Positions 25,348-33,713 of a DNA stretch of 41,398 bases are shown piece after piece (positions within the stretch are counted from its first letter, which is position 1; each line of letters opens with the position of its first letter). The notes beneath the pieces are model-generated. The model was not told the origin of the DNA, searched no databases, and was given only the letters and a program-made list of their open reading frames with translations. Source of the DNA: a virus (taxonomy: Duplodnaviria; Caudoviricetes). Location: positions 1-41,398 of IMG/VR virus record IMGVR_UViG_3300023270_000004. One strand, written 5' to 3'. A program made the translations under genes and the position numbers.

Positions 25348-25623
25348 TTACTGGCTCGGTGCAACCTGTTGCATGCCGGCCAGGGCAGCCGCCCTGCACT
25401 TCCAGTACTGCGCCGCCACCTCCTCGAGCTTCAGCGTGGTCGCCCCGAAGGTGTCATCGGCCAGAGGCTGGAGCGGCGGGCAGCTGGCCACCACCAGCGG
25501 GCTCGGCCCCGGGTTCGGTAAGCGCGGCATTGAGCCGCTGCAGGCCTGCAGGGTCGTGGCGGCAATCGCGGTACACAGGAACCTCGCGCACCGTGGTTTC
25601 GAGCTGCTGGCGGATCTGGACAT
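25348..25623 (-). CDS. o-spanin (Rz1-like lipoprotein)
   Basis: Lipobox LQAC, Pro-rich, Cys pair. Overlaps the i-spanin 3' half in another frame. Start approximate. Confidence 0.75.
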   Translation of the reverse strand: MSRSASSSKPRCARFLCTAIAATTLQACSGSMPRLPNPGPSPLVVASCPPLQPLADDTFGATTLKLEEVAAQYWKCRAAALAGMQQVAPSQ

Positions 25624-25816
25624 GGCGAACCTCGATCTTGCTGATGGCGGATGCCGCTGCGCTGGCGGCAGCCTCGGTGGCCGCGACGCGCACGTCCTCG
25701 ACGCGCTGGCGGGAGGCGATCTCGGCGTTCTCGCCGTCGTGCCGGCCACGCACGTAGGCGGTGCCGGTCAGCGCGCTGGCCGCCAGGACGATGCCCAGGA
25801 GCGCCCAGGGATTCAT
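25454..25816 (-). CDS. i-spanin (Rz-like)
   Basis: N-terminal TM, coiled region, VYRDC..D..GL..LN.AL; follows the endolysin. Confidence 0.8.
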   Translation of the reverse strand: MNPWALLGIVLAASALTGTAYVRGRHDGENAEIASRQRVEDVRVAATEAAASAAASAISKIEVRHVQIRQQLETTVREVPVYRDCRHDPAGLQRLNAALTEPGAEPAGGGQLPAAPASGR

Positions 25817-26292
25817 TCGGTCATCTGCGCGACGCGGATCGCCGTCTCAGCCGTGGCGCCGTTGAACAGTTCGCGCTCGGCGGCGCGCCGACGGCGCAGC
25901 CCCTTCATAGACTTGCCGGCCGCCTTGTCCCAGCGCTGGAACTCGGCTGCCGCGCCGGCCACATCGCCGAGCATGAACTTGCGAAGCAGCGTCGAGCCGC
26001 GGATATTCGCCGGCCCGCAGTTGAAGCAGATCAGCACCAGCGCATCGAACTGCCCTTGCGTGCCTCGCCCTTCGGTCATCTGATCGACGACCTCCTCGAA
26101 TCGCTTCAGGTCGGCCGACAGCGCCTTGTCGACGAGGTCATCCGCCCACGCCAGGCCCTTGAAGACCTCCGGCCCAGTGTGGCCGACCCCGATGGTCCAC
26201 GGGTCACCGCCGGTCGCCGGGTCCGGGTATGCTGCGTTCTCGCGGCCCTCGAAGTACTCCAGGACGCGGCGGCCCTCGGGAGAGGTCTTCAT
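25813..26292 (-). CDS. Endolysin, GH24 phage lysozyme
   Basis: FEG....AYPDPATGGDPWTIGVGHTG, QGQFDALV...FN.G...STLLRK, WDKAAGK...GL.RRR.AE..LF. No SAR segment. Confidence 0.95.
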   Translation of the reverse strand: MKTSPEGRRVLEYFEGRENAAYPDPATGGDPWTIGVGHTGPEVFKGLAWADDLVDKALSADLKRFEEVVDQMTEGRGTQGQFDALVLICFNCGPANIRGSTLLRKFMLGDVAGAAAEFQRWDKAAGKSMKGLRRRRAAERELFNGATAETAIRVAQMTE

Positions 26293-26555
26293 CGCGCAGC
26301 CCTCCGCAACAGCCCCATGATCTGGTGCCGGCGTCCCAGCAGCACCGCCAGCAGCAGCAGGTTCACCAGCAGCACCAGGACGTTGGCCTGCGCCCAGTCG
26401 TAGAGCGTGCAGCCGAGCCACCAGCCGCACCAGAGCACGATTGCCCACACGGTGAGCCTGGCCAGCCACATGCCTCGGTGCGGCATCGCGAACGCCGCCG
26501 GGACGGTGCACATGAGGATTGCCGCGCAGATCAGCGCGTTGACGACGTCAGGCAT
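26289..26555 (-). CDS. Membrane protein, about 3 TM (holin/antiholin candidate)
   Basis: 88 aa, three hydrophobic segments, basic C-terminus; coupled to the endolysin. Confidence 0.65.
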   Translation of the reverse strand: MPDVVNALICAAILMCTVPAAFAMPHRGMWLARLTVWAIVLWCGWWLGCTLYDWAQANVLVLLVNLLLLAVLLGRRHQIMGLLRRAAR

Positions 26556-26955
26556 TGCCGGACTCCTTTGTGGATGAAGGATCGAATCGGGCCAGCAGCC
26601 ACTTCTGCAGCAGGCCGGCGATGGGCTGAGCGAAGCCGCCCAGGAAAGCGCCGACGGCGAGCCGCACCGCGCCCGGCGGCACCTCGGCGAGGGCGAAAGT
26701 GCGCACGACCCATGGCGCCATCAGTAGGGTGCCGATCGTGCTCAGTAGCGTGCTGCCGATGGCAACCAGCACCAGCTGCCGGATCGATGCATCATCCTTC
26801 GTCGGCAGCAGTGTTCGCACGATGACGCAGCCGGCGACACCGCCGACCATGCCGCCCATGAGCAGCATCGGGTCGAACCCGAATGCCGCGCAGAACGGAG
26901 CCACGACGGCCCCGGTTGCGACGCAGACGGCCGCGCTTGTCGTGGCTTCAGCCAT
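26548..26955 (-). CDS. Holin candidate (135 aa, 3-4 TM)
   Basis: MAEATTS... start with Gly/Ala-rich TMs, typical of proteobacterial phage holins; SD AGGGGGA. Confidence 0.65.
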   Translation of the reverse strand: MAEATTSAAVCVATGAVVAPFCAAFGFDPMLLMGGMVGGVAGCVIVRTLLPTKDDASIRQLVLVAIGSTLLSTIGTLLMAPWVVRTFALAEVPPGAVRLAVGAFLGGFAQPIAGLLQKWLLARFDPSSTKESGNA

Positions 26956-27319
26956 CGTTGTTCCCCCTGAAAAGCAGATACGCGGCCAGCGCCGCAGCGA
27001 GAGCCAGCCCGATGACACCGAGCGGCAGATTCAGTCGCGTGGAGCACAGCGGCTGACCGGGCTTGACGGGCCACGGATCCAGCACGTACCAGGTGTTGCA
27101 TCCGATGACCATCACCTTGAACAGGCTCAGCAGCGCGACCACGGACCACACCTCGACGCTGCCGAAGGCTAGGCCGGCCAGCACCAGCAGGCCCAGCGTC
27201 ATCAGCGCGCCGGCGATGTTCTGCACGTCAGCCGAGATCGCTGGCGACGACCATGCGTAGGCGTAGGAGCACGCGAGGCCGAACACCAGCAGGCTCAGCG
27301 CGACCACCGGGTGCCTCAC
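26948..27319 (-). CDS. 4-TM membrane protein with Cys-pair loop (123 aa)
   Basis: GTG start overlapping the peptide stop; four hydrophobic segments; GC-NTWYVLDPWPVKPGQPL-C between TM3 and TM4. Confidence 0.7.
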   Translation of the reverse strand: MRHPVVALSLLVFGLACSYAYAWSSPAISADVQNIAGALMTLGLLVLAGLAFGSVEVWSVVALLSLFKVMVIGCNTWYVLDPWPVKPGQPLCSTRLNLPLGVIGLALAAALAAYLLFRGNNDG

Positions 27320-27423
27320 TTCGGGTTCGTGGGAACCGTGCCGCCGCCGGTGTCCTGCGTGCTCACACCGCGGCCGAGGATGGCCGACCAGAGGTTCGCG
27401 AAGTAGGCTTTGACCTTCTGCAT
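27316..27423 (-). CDS. 35-aa peptide, not in ORF track
   Basis: MQKVKAYFANLWSAILGRGVSTQDTGGGTVPTNPK*. Fills the gap 9 nt after the tailspike stop, has GC3-rich codons, and has a GTGA overlap with the next gene. Confidence 0.7.
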   Translation of the reverse strand: MQKVKAYFANLWSAILGRGVSTQDTGGGTVPTNPK

Positions 27424-27432
27424 GATGTGCTT

Positions 27433-29946
27433 TCAGTTGACGCTGCGGCAGACTTCCCACCACGTCGCGCCATCGCAGGCGAGGGTGATGGTGTCGTCAG
27501 CGGTGGTGACGAAATTCCCCGCGAGAGCCAGGTTGCTGCCGTCGGTCACGGTCAGCGCGCCTGAGAAGATCAGCGTGACGACGTCGCCGGCGCGGTTTGT
27601 CGCACTGATCGACGTGATGCTCGTCGTGCCAGAGACCTTCACCACTGGCGCAGCGAATGGCAGCGTCAGCGCCGCGGCGGAGGCAACTGTGTCCACCACC
27701 CCGACCTCGGTGTAGGTGCGCGAGGCGAGGTAGGCTTGAGCGTCTTGGCGCGTCGGGAAAGATCGAGCCTGAAAGGCTGACAACTGAAAGTCGCATGTCA
27801 CCGCGGCGCTGCCAGCTGCCAAGTTCAGCGTCCCGATGCCGGAGGCCCGTCCGATCATGGCGATCGTGTAGGTCTTCCCAACCTCCGGCACGCTCATCGC
27901 CGCACCGAATTGGTTGCTGCCAAGGTCGCCGTAGTAGAAGAGTGGGCTGCCACCGGACACGCGCTGCACCTCGAACGTGCAGACGTACCAGTTCCCGGCC
28001 GCCGTCGTTATAAAAGTCCCCGGGAAATTCACGAACTGCGATGTCAGCGTGAACGGTATCGAGTATTGGTTGACAGCTTGGTACAGCTCGCCACCTGGCG
28101 TGACGACGCCAGCCACGGCGAAGGCGCCAGTTGTGGTTTGCGCAGCGGTGAATCGCTGGCTGACCGCAACAGCGCTGCGCGCATTTTTAATGATTTGCGC
28201 CCGGCGCAGCGTGTAGAACCAGCGCGCTTGTGCATCGCCGAAGGTCTGAATGTCATTGCGCTTGGTCTCGACGATGCCGGTTGTGTAGATCCTTGCGCCC
28301 CGGACCGCGCCACCGTCGGTCTCCGGCGAGTCCACAAGAATGACAGAATCAGCATCATCGACAGTGCAGGATCCGCCACCGAAGCCTGTGAACTCCTCGG
28401 ATCGGACGTTATAGGCCATCACGCGGGATCTGAGCGCCTTGAGGTAAACGTCCGCGAAGAAACCTCCGCGATGCTCCCATGTCGAATCGGCGCCGTCGTA
28501 AATGAAAGCGCGATTCGTGAATACCGAGGTGCTCAGCACCGTCCCGGCCCATTGGTCGAGCGCGAACGTTCCGCCGTGGCGTACACCACTATCCTCGCTC
28601 CAAACGCCACTCAATGTGAACGGGTCGCGTGTGGTGGTGGTGTAGCAATAGATGTTGATCCCATTCGCCTCCAGGATCGTCCCGCGAAGCTGAAACCCGC
28701 CAAATCCGTCGGCCGTGTTATGAACGTAGATGGCGCAGTCGTTGGCGCTGAATTCGCAGTCGAAGATGTATTTGTTGCCAGCATGCATTGTGGCGCCGAA
28801 CTTATTGTTCAGGGCGTAGATTGCATACTTGTTGGCCTGCGCACCGCAGCCATAGAACGAACAGCCAATATTCCCGAACGGAAATTGAACAGCCTTCTCG
28901 AAACCACTCCAATAAATTCCAAAGAACTTGGTGTTGCCAGCAAACTCGTCGTCCGTGACATAGTTTGCCGGGATGGTCTGGCCGAAAGTAATCCCGACAC
29001 CAACCTTCGTGATGCCGGGATTGGGGCCAGCCATTGTGAAGTTTCTGAACTCAGCTTGGAAAGTCCAGAAGGCATTTTTCTTGCACGTGAACGCAGCGAC
29101 AGCAGTATTGAATGCGGAAACGACGGTCTGAATTCCGTCCCCGTAAATCACGAAACGCTGCGTCAGGTCGACGTTGAATTTCCAGGTTCCTTTGTCGATG
29201 TGCAGCGTCCGACTCAGCGCGAGCGCCACATTCACAGCTGCGGAGCTGTCCGTCGCACCGGTCGGGTCGGCGCCCGGAAAGGTGCTCAACCGCGGCGCGA
29301 GTCGGTCGTAGTAGCCGATCGTGCCGACAGCATAGTTGACGGTCGGGCCGTAGGCGACAGCGCCGGCGCCATTCAGCGCGCCGGCGGGGCTGGCAAGTTG
29401 CGCGATGTACGCGGCGATGGCCGCTGACGCTGCCGCCGATAGCGTGCGGTTTTCCGTGTCGGCCTCGTCGATCGCGGCCTGCACATTGGTGGCCGCAAGC
29501 GTCGCAGTCGGCGTGAATGGAATTCCAGACGCGGCTGTTGCGGTGCCGACCTGGACAAGCACCCACCGGACGGCCGCCAAATCGGTTGCGAAGACACCAG
29601 AGGTATGCGCCACCGCGGCCGCGTAGGTGTTGCCGCTCTGCGTGACGACATCCTTGATTGCATAGGAGGTTGCCGTCAGCCACGCCCCTCGGATCGTGCC
29701 ACCGAACGCAGTCACGAACTTCAGCACGACTGGGTCGAGCGTGTGCAGCTTCACCCGCTGGTCGCGGATCTCGCCGTCGTCGCGCTGGTTCAGCTGGACG
29801 TTGGCGTTCAGCGCGTTGTGCGCCGTGGATATGGCCGAGAGCTCGTCGTCGAGCGCTTCCGTGAGGATCGTGCTGCGCCCGCCCGCGTTGTTGAGCTCGT
29901 CCTGGCTGAAGTCTTCGCTCGGGGTGTAGTTCGGGGCCTGTGCCAT
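27433..29946 (-). CDS. Tailspike/receptor-binding protein (putative beta-helix depolymerase)
   Basis: Head-binding N-terminus, CBM5/12-like W..ATSY...DVV...GNTY.A..AHTS, ATNVQAAIDE linker, GADPTGATDSSAA beta-helix start, C-terminal beta domain. Confidence 0.85.
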   Translation of the reverse strand: MAQAPNYTPSEDFSQDELNNAGGRSTILTEALDDELSAISTAHNALNANVQLNQRDDGEIRDQRVKLHTLDPVVLKFVTAFGGTIRGAWLTATSYAIKDVVTQSGNTYAAAVAHTSGVFATDLAAVRWVLVQVGTATAASGIPFTPTATLAATNVQAAIDEADTENRTLSAAASAAIAAYIAQLASPAGALNGAGAVAYGPTVNYAVGTIGYYDRLAPRLSTFPGADPTGATDSSAAVNVALALSRTLHIDKGTWKFNVDLTQRFVIYGDGIQTVVSAFNTAVAAFTCKKNAFWTFQAEFRNFTMAGPNPGITKVGVGITFGQTIPANYVTDDEFAGNTKFFGIYWSGFEKAVQFPFGNIGCSFYGCGAQANKYAIYALNNKFGATMHAGNKYIFDCEFSANDCAIYVHNTADGFGGFQLRGTILEANGINIYCYTTTTRDPFTLSGVWSEDSGVRHGGTFALDQWAGTVLSTSVFTNRAFIYDGADSTWEHRGGFFADVYLKALRSRVMAYNVRSEEFTGFGGGSCTVDDADSVILVDSPETDGGAVRGARIYTTGIVETKRNDIQTFGDAQARWFYTLRRAQIIKNARSAVAVSQRFTAAQTTTGAFAVAGVVTPGGELYQAVNQYSIPFTLTSQFVNFPGTFITTAAGNWYVCTFEVQRVSGGSPLFYYGDLGSNQFGAAMSVPEVGKTYTIAMIGRASGIGTLNLAAGSAAVTCDFQLSAFQARSFPTRQDAQAYLASRTYTEVGVVDTVASAAALTLPFAAPVVKVSGTTSITSISATNRAGDVVTLIFSGALTVTDGSNLALAGNFVTTADDTITLACDGATWWEVCRSVN

Positions 29947-29988
29947 CGGTGCGCCTCAGCGGCCGGCGGACTGCCGAGCCTCAGCGGC

Positions 29989-30022
29989 ATTGCATCGCCG
30001 ATGGAGGGGCGTTTTCCCCGCG
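29989..30022 (-). promoter_or_regulatory. Putative late promoter motif copy (CGCGGGGAAAACGCC-N13-TGCAAT)
   Basis: Intergenic, upstream of the tailspike; same spacing as the other copies. Confidence 0.65.
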
Positions 30023-30047
30023 AATGCCCTCGCGCTACACTGGCGCC

Positions 30048-30239
30048 GTGGACAACGACACCTTGCGCATCCTGCTGGCGGCCGTGCTCGGCCCGGCTTT
30101 TTGGGCCTTCGCGATCCGCCTATCGGCGCATCTGGCCCGTCGCAACGCCAGCCGCGACTGGCACCGGCGCGAACAGCGACGACAGCGCCTGTACGAGCTT
30201 GGGGTCTATCTCGGTCGGCTGTGTCGGCGCACCCGATAG
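30048..30239 (+). CDS. Small antisense single-TM protein (63 aa), leaderless
   Basis: TACACT (30036-30041) 6 nt before GTG; ILLAAVLGPAFWAFAIRL TM followed by an Arg-rich tail. Overlaps the 3' end of 30120-32348. Confidence 0.6.
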   Translation: MDNDTLRILLAAVLGPAFWAFAIRLSAHLARRNASRDWHRREQRRQRLYELGVYLGRLCRRTR

Positions 30240-32348
30240 TGCCTGCGTGACTTCGCGGCGCTGGCCGAAGCGCTCGAGCGGCTGCACGACGTAGTCGTTC
30301 ACGTAGGGCAGCCCGCGCAGGCCCTTCGTCTTGCCCAGCATCGACGTGAGCATCTGCCCGGTCCCCGATGTGTTCGGCGTTGCCCCCTCCGGCACCTGCT
30401 TGATGTATGCCAGCACCCGGCCGATCCGATACATCTCGTCCGCACCTTCTTCGCCGAGCAGCGCCACCAGCTTCGGGCGGCCAATCTTCATCAGCTCGTT
30501 GTTGAACGTCGCCTGCGCGGCCTTCCCATCGCCCGCCGCGTTGGCGCCGAAGGCCTTCTGCTGCAGGTAGGCGACCGTCTGCGCGCGCACCTGCGCCTGG
30601 CCGTCGGGCGGCAGCAGGCTCATCATGTTCTGGATCTCGTTCACCTTGCCGCCGGTGACGAACTTGCGCACGAAATCATCCGGCTGGGCGTTGTTCGTCG
30701 CAGCCCGCAGCGCCGGCGTGGCGCCGATCTGCTGGAAGCGGCTCGCCGCAGCCGCACGCGCCTCGGAGGCAAGGTGCGCCGCCTCTGCGCCGCCGGCGCT
30801 GGTGTCGGCCGACTCGGTGATCGCGCGCTGCAGCGATCCACGCAGCTCGTCGAGCCCGCCGCGCACCGCTGGGTCAGGCGAGTTGTAGTGCTTGTTGATG
30901 ACCTTCAGCAGGCGCTCGGCGTCGTCGATGCTCAGCGATTTCAGCTGCTTGCCGCCCATCAGGCCGAGCTCTTCGAACTGCCCGCGGACCGCGCCCGGAA
31001 TGGCCTGTCCGTAGTCGCGAACCGTGTTGGCATAGTCTTGCGCCAGACCCTGCAGCGGCACTTCGAGGTCTTTCCCGGTCGAGTCGCGGAATGCCTTGTA
31101 GGCGGCGCGCACGTTCGTCTTCGCCACCTCGTCCGCCTGGCGCAGCTGCCCGGCGATTTGATCGCCCGCATCGAAGGCATCGACTGCACCGCGCGCACCC
31201 TGACGGAATCGATCGCTGATGCCGCGGCTTTGCGCCGCCTGCACGGCCTGCAGTGGCTCGCCGACGCCCTCCACGCCGGCCAGGTTGAACTCGCGCTGCC
31301 ACTGCGCAGGGTTGCGCGTGAGTTGACCCTGCAGCGACGGCAGCCCCAGCGCGTTGAAGTCACCCTGCCGCAGCGCGGCGGTCGGGTCGAGCTTCCGCCC
31401 GCTGGCCAGCGCCGTACGCACGTCGGTCGTCAGCCCCTGGAACACCGTGTCGGGGATCGTGGTCGTGTCGATGCCGTCGCGCTGCAGTTGCGCCGAGATC
31501 ATCGTGCGCAGGCGCTCCGGGTCGACGTTCACCGTGTTGCGCGAGTTGCGCCACTGGTTGATGAAATTCGCGGCGGAGGTGCCGATCTTGTTGATGATCG
31601 GCGCGAGCGTGCCGCCGGCCGCGGCGCCGAGCGCCACCTGCCCGGCCTTGTCGGCCGCGAAGTTCTCGCCGGTGGACGGCTGCAGCGCGGCCCCGGCCCC
31701 TCCAGCGATGGCGCCGGTCAGCGCCTGCCGACCAACGGTCGCCCCGATCGCGGCCGCCGGGGCGACCTTCGCTGGGATCACGTTCGCCGGGCTCGCGATG
31801 TTGCCGGCCAGCCGCGCGAAGTCGAAACCGGGATCCTTCTCACCAGTGACCAGCGTCGTCAGGCTGGCCGGTGCGGTCGCCTTGCGCGCCGCCTCGTATT
31901 CGGCGTTGCTGTCGACGATGTCGCCGCGCAGCTGCTCCGAATTCGCCCCCTTCACGCCCAACACGTCGCCCAGGAACGAGCCAGGGCCGCCGATCTTGTC
32001 CGCGGCCTTGTTGACCACGTCCGAGACCGACGGGCCGCCGAAGTAGTTCGAAACGCGCGAGACCAGGTCCTTCTCGAAGACCTTCTGCATGAGCTGCGCA
32101 GCGCCGTCGATCTGGTCCTTCCCGCCCTTCGCCACGCGCATTGGCACCGAGGACAGCAACTGCTGGCGCTCGGTCGGCTGCGCGTTGAAGCTCTCGACCT
32201 TCGGGCGCAGGTGTGTGATCAGCTCGGCGTCGGTGTAGCCAGCCTTGCGCGCGCTGGCCGTGTCGAAGTTGCTGTCCTTCGCCAGGAAGTCAGCGATCTC
32301 CGAATCACCGTAGCCCGACTTGCGGGCGCCTTCGACATCGAATGGCAT
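30120..32348 (-). CDS. DNA ejection (internal virion) protein, large
   Basis: 742 aa. Twin N-terminal FD...ARK.GY.D.E repeats and Gly/Ala-rich hydrophobic segments; position after the tail genes. Confidence 0.7.
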   Translation of the reverse strand: MPFDVEGARKSGYGDSEIADFLAKDSNFDTASARKAGYTDAELITHLRPKVESFNAQPTERQQLLSSVPMRVAKGGKDQIDGAAQLMQKVFEKDLVSRVSNYFGGPSVSDVVNKAADKIGGPGSFLGDVLGVKGANSEQLRGDIVDSNAEYEAARKATAPASLTTLVTGEKDPGFDFARLAGNIASPANVIPAKVAPAAAIGATVGRQALTGAIAGGAGAALQPSTGENFAADKAGQVALGAAAGGTLAPIINKIGTSAANFINQWRNSRNTVNVDPERLRTMISAQLQRDGIDTTTIPDTVFQGLTTDVRTALASGRKLDPTAALRQGDFNALGLPSLQGQLTRNPAQWQREFNLAGVEGVGEPLQAVQAAQSRGISDRFRQGARGAVDAFDAGDQIAGQLRQADEVAKTNVRAAYKAFRDSTGKDLEVPLQGLAQDYANTVRDYGQAIPGAVRGQFEELGLMGGKQLKSLSIDDAERLLKVINKHYNSPDPAVRGGLDELRGSLQRAITESADTSAGGAEAAHLASEARAAAASRFQQIGATPALRAATNNAQPDDFVRKFVTGGKVNEIQNMMSLLPPDGQAQVRAQTVAYLQQKAFGANAAGDGKAAQATFNNELMKIGRPKLVALLGEEGADEMYRIGRVLAYIKQVPEGATPNTSGTGQMLTSMLGKTKGLRGLPYVNDYVVQPLERFGQRREVTQALSGAPTQPTEIDPKLVQALSSLFAPVPVAAGVATGQMRR

Positions 32349-32357
32349 GGCCTTCCC

Positions 32358-33713
32358 TTAGCGTTGGAACGACGACAGCGGCGGCCGTGCGCCTGCGGTT
32401 TGAGCAGGGGGCGTCCCCGGCGCCGGCGGCATCGCCTGAAGCGCTCGCCCTGCCCGCGAGCGAAGCGAACTCATGTAGACCTGCAACGCTTGACGCTTTT
32501 GTGCGATGACGCCAGGCCGATCGCCGAATTGCGGCGTCAGTTCGGCGATTTTCTGCTTCGCCTCGGACTCGTTGACGCCTGCGCCGGTGGCCGCACGCAA
32601 GGCAGCCTCCGAGAACGAACTGGCACCTTGCTCGAACCGTTGCCGAGCGTCCGAGTTGACCGAATTCTTGATCGCAGTCCCAACCCCAGGAATTGCCCCA
32701 CCCACAGAGGCGATCAATCCAGGTTTCGCCGCGTTCGGGTCATCGCGCAACGCCGCCTCCATGTTGTTGAAAGCGAACTCGGCCTGCTGCACCCATCCGG
32801 CGGCCTTGCGTTCATCTTCGGTCGGCGCGCCAGTCTTGGTCGTTGCATCAGCAGGGCCGCCGGGAATCGCCTCGAGGCCGCCACTGCCATCTGCTTTCCA
32901 GCGATACCCTTTCGGTGGCTTCGTGCCTGTGACCTCGCCGTTCTCCGAGCGGGTCTTTTCTGCGCTCGCTCGCGCGCTCTCCGCTTGGGCAAAGTTCTCA
33001 GCCGCTCCTGCGGTCGCCTGCTTGCCGAGCGCCGTTTCCTTGCCGGTTACCGCCTGCGCGCGACCGCTGGACTCGTTCAGGCCTCCACCGAACAGGTCGC
33101 CGACCAGCCCGGACGAATCGAAGTGGTAGAGCGGCTTCCCGCCGGCCGCCGCCTGCGCCGCACCCACCTGGCCCGGCGTGCGTGCGCCGTTCAGCACGTC
33201 GTTGGTGAGATCCTGGCCCTGGTACAGGCCAGCCGCCTTCGCGAAGTCCTCGACGTTCGTGTCCTTCACGTTCGTGCGCATCGGCAGCGACCGGCGCATG
33301 GCCTGCGCGATCTTGCTCTGCAGACCAGTGTCGTCGAGCACCGGCGCGACGCCGGGGCCGTTGCCAGCTTCGTCCGCCGGGCCCTGCAGCTGGCGCGTCG
33401 GCATGACACCGGTGCGGGTGTACTGCTGGAACGCGCGCACCAGGGGCAGCGTCGTGCCTGCCTCCAGCGCCACGTTCTCGTCGATCAGGTCCGGCCGGCT
33501 GCGGACGATGTTCGTCTCGCTGTTGTCCTGGTCGGCCTTCGCCTGCGACGCGGCGGCAGCAGCCATCGCCTGCGCGATCTTGCTGCGACTGCTGACCTCG
33601 CCCTCGTAGCCCTGCTGGTAGGCGCCATTGCCGCCCGCGAACGCCTGGGCCAGCTTGGACAAGCCAGGGGTCGCGCCGTTCAGGGCGTCAAGGGAGAAAG
33701 TTGCGCGGGGCAT
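32358..33713 (-). CDS. DNA ejection (internal virion) protein, middle
   Basis: 451 aa from MPRATFSL; PPKGYRW..DG..LEAIPGGPAD and ALRAATGAGV..SE motifs typical of podovirus ejection proteins. Confidence 0.7.
   Translation of the reverse strand: MPRATFSLDALNGATPGLSKLAQAFAGGNGAYQQGYEGEVSSRSKIAQAMAAAAASQAKADQDNSETNIVRSRPDLIDENVALEAGTTLPLVRAFQQYTRTGVMPTRQLQGPADEAGNGPGVAPVLDDTGLQSKIAQAMRRSLPMRTNVKDTNVEDFAKAAGLYQGQDLTNDVLNGARTPGQVGAAQAAAGGKPLYHFDSSGLVGDLFGGGLNESSGRAQAVTGKETALGKQATAGAAENFAQAESARASAEKTRSENGEVTGTKPPKGYRWKADGSGGLEAIPGGPADATTKTGAPTEDERKAAGWVQQAEFAFNNMEAALRDDPNAAKPGLIASVGGAIPGVGTAIKNSVNSDARQRFEQGASSFSEAALRAATGAGVNESEAKQKIAELTPQFGDRPGVIAQKRQALQVYMSSLRSRAGRALQAMPPAPGTPPAQTAGARPPLSSFQR

Noticed and set aside
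27509-27523. Sixth late-motif copy (CGCGGGGAATTTCGT) about 90 nt upstream of the peptide gene
   Set aside because: Only the first 9 nt match, and no T-ending hexamer lies at the fixed 13-nt spacing. Not counted, though its position merits a matrix scan.
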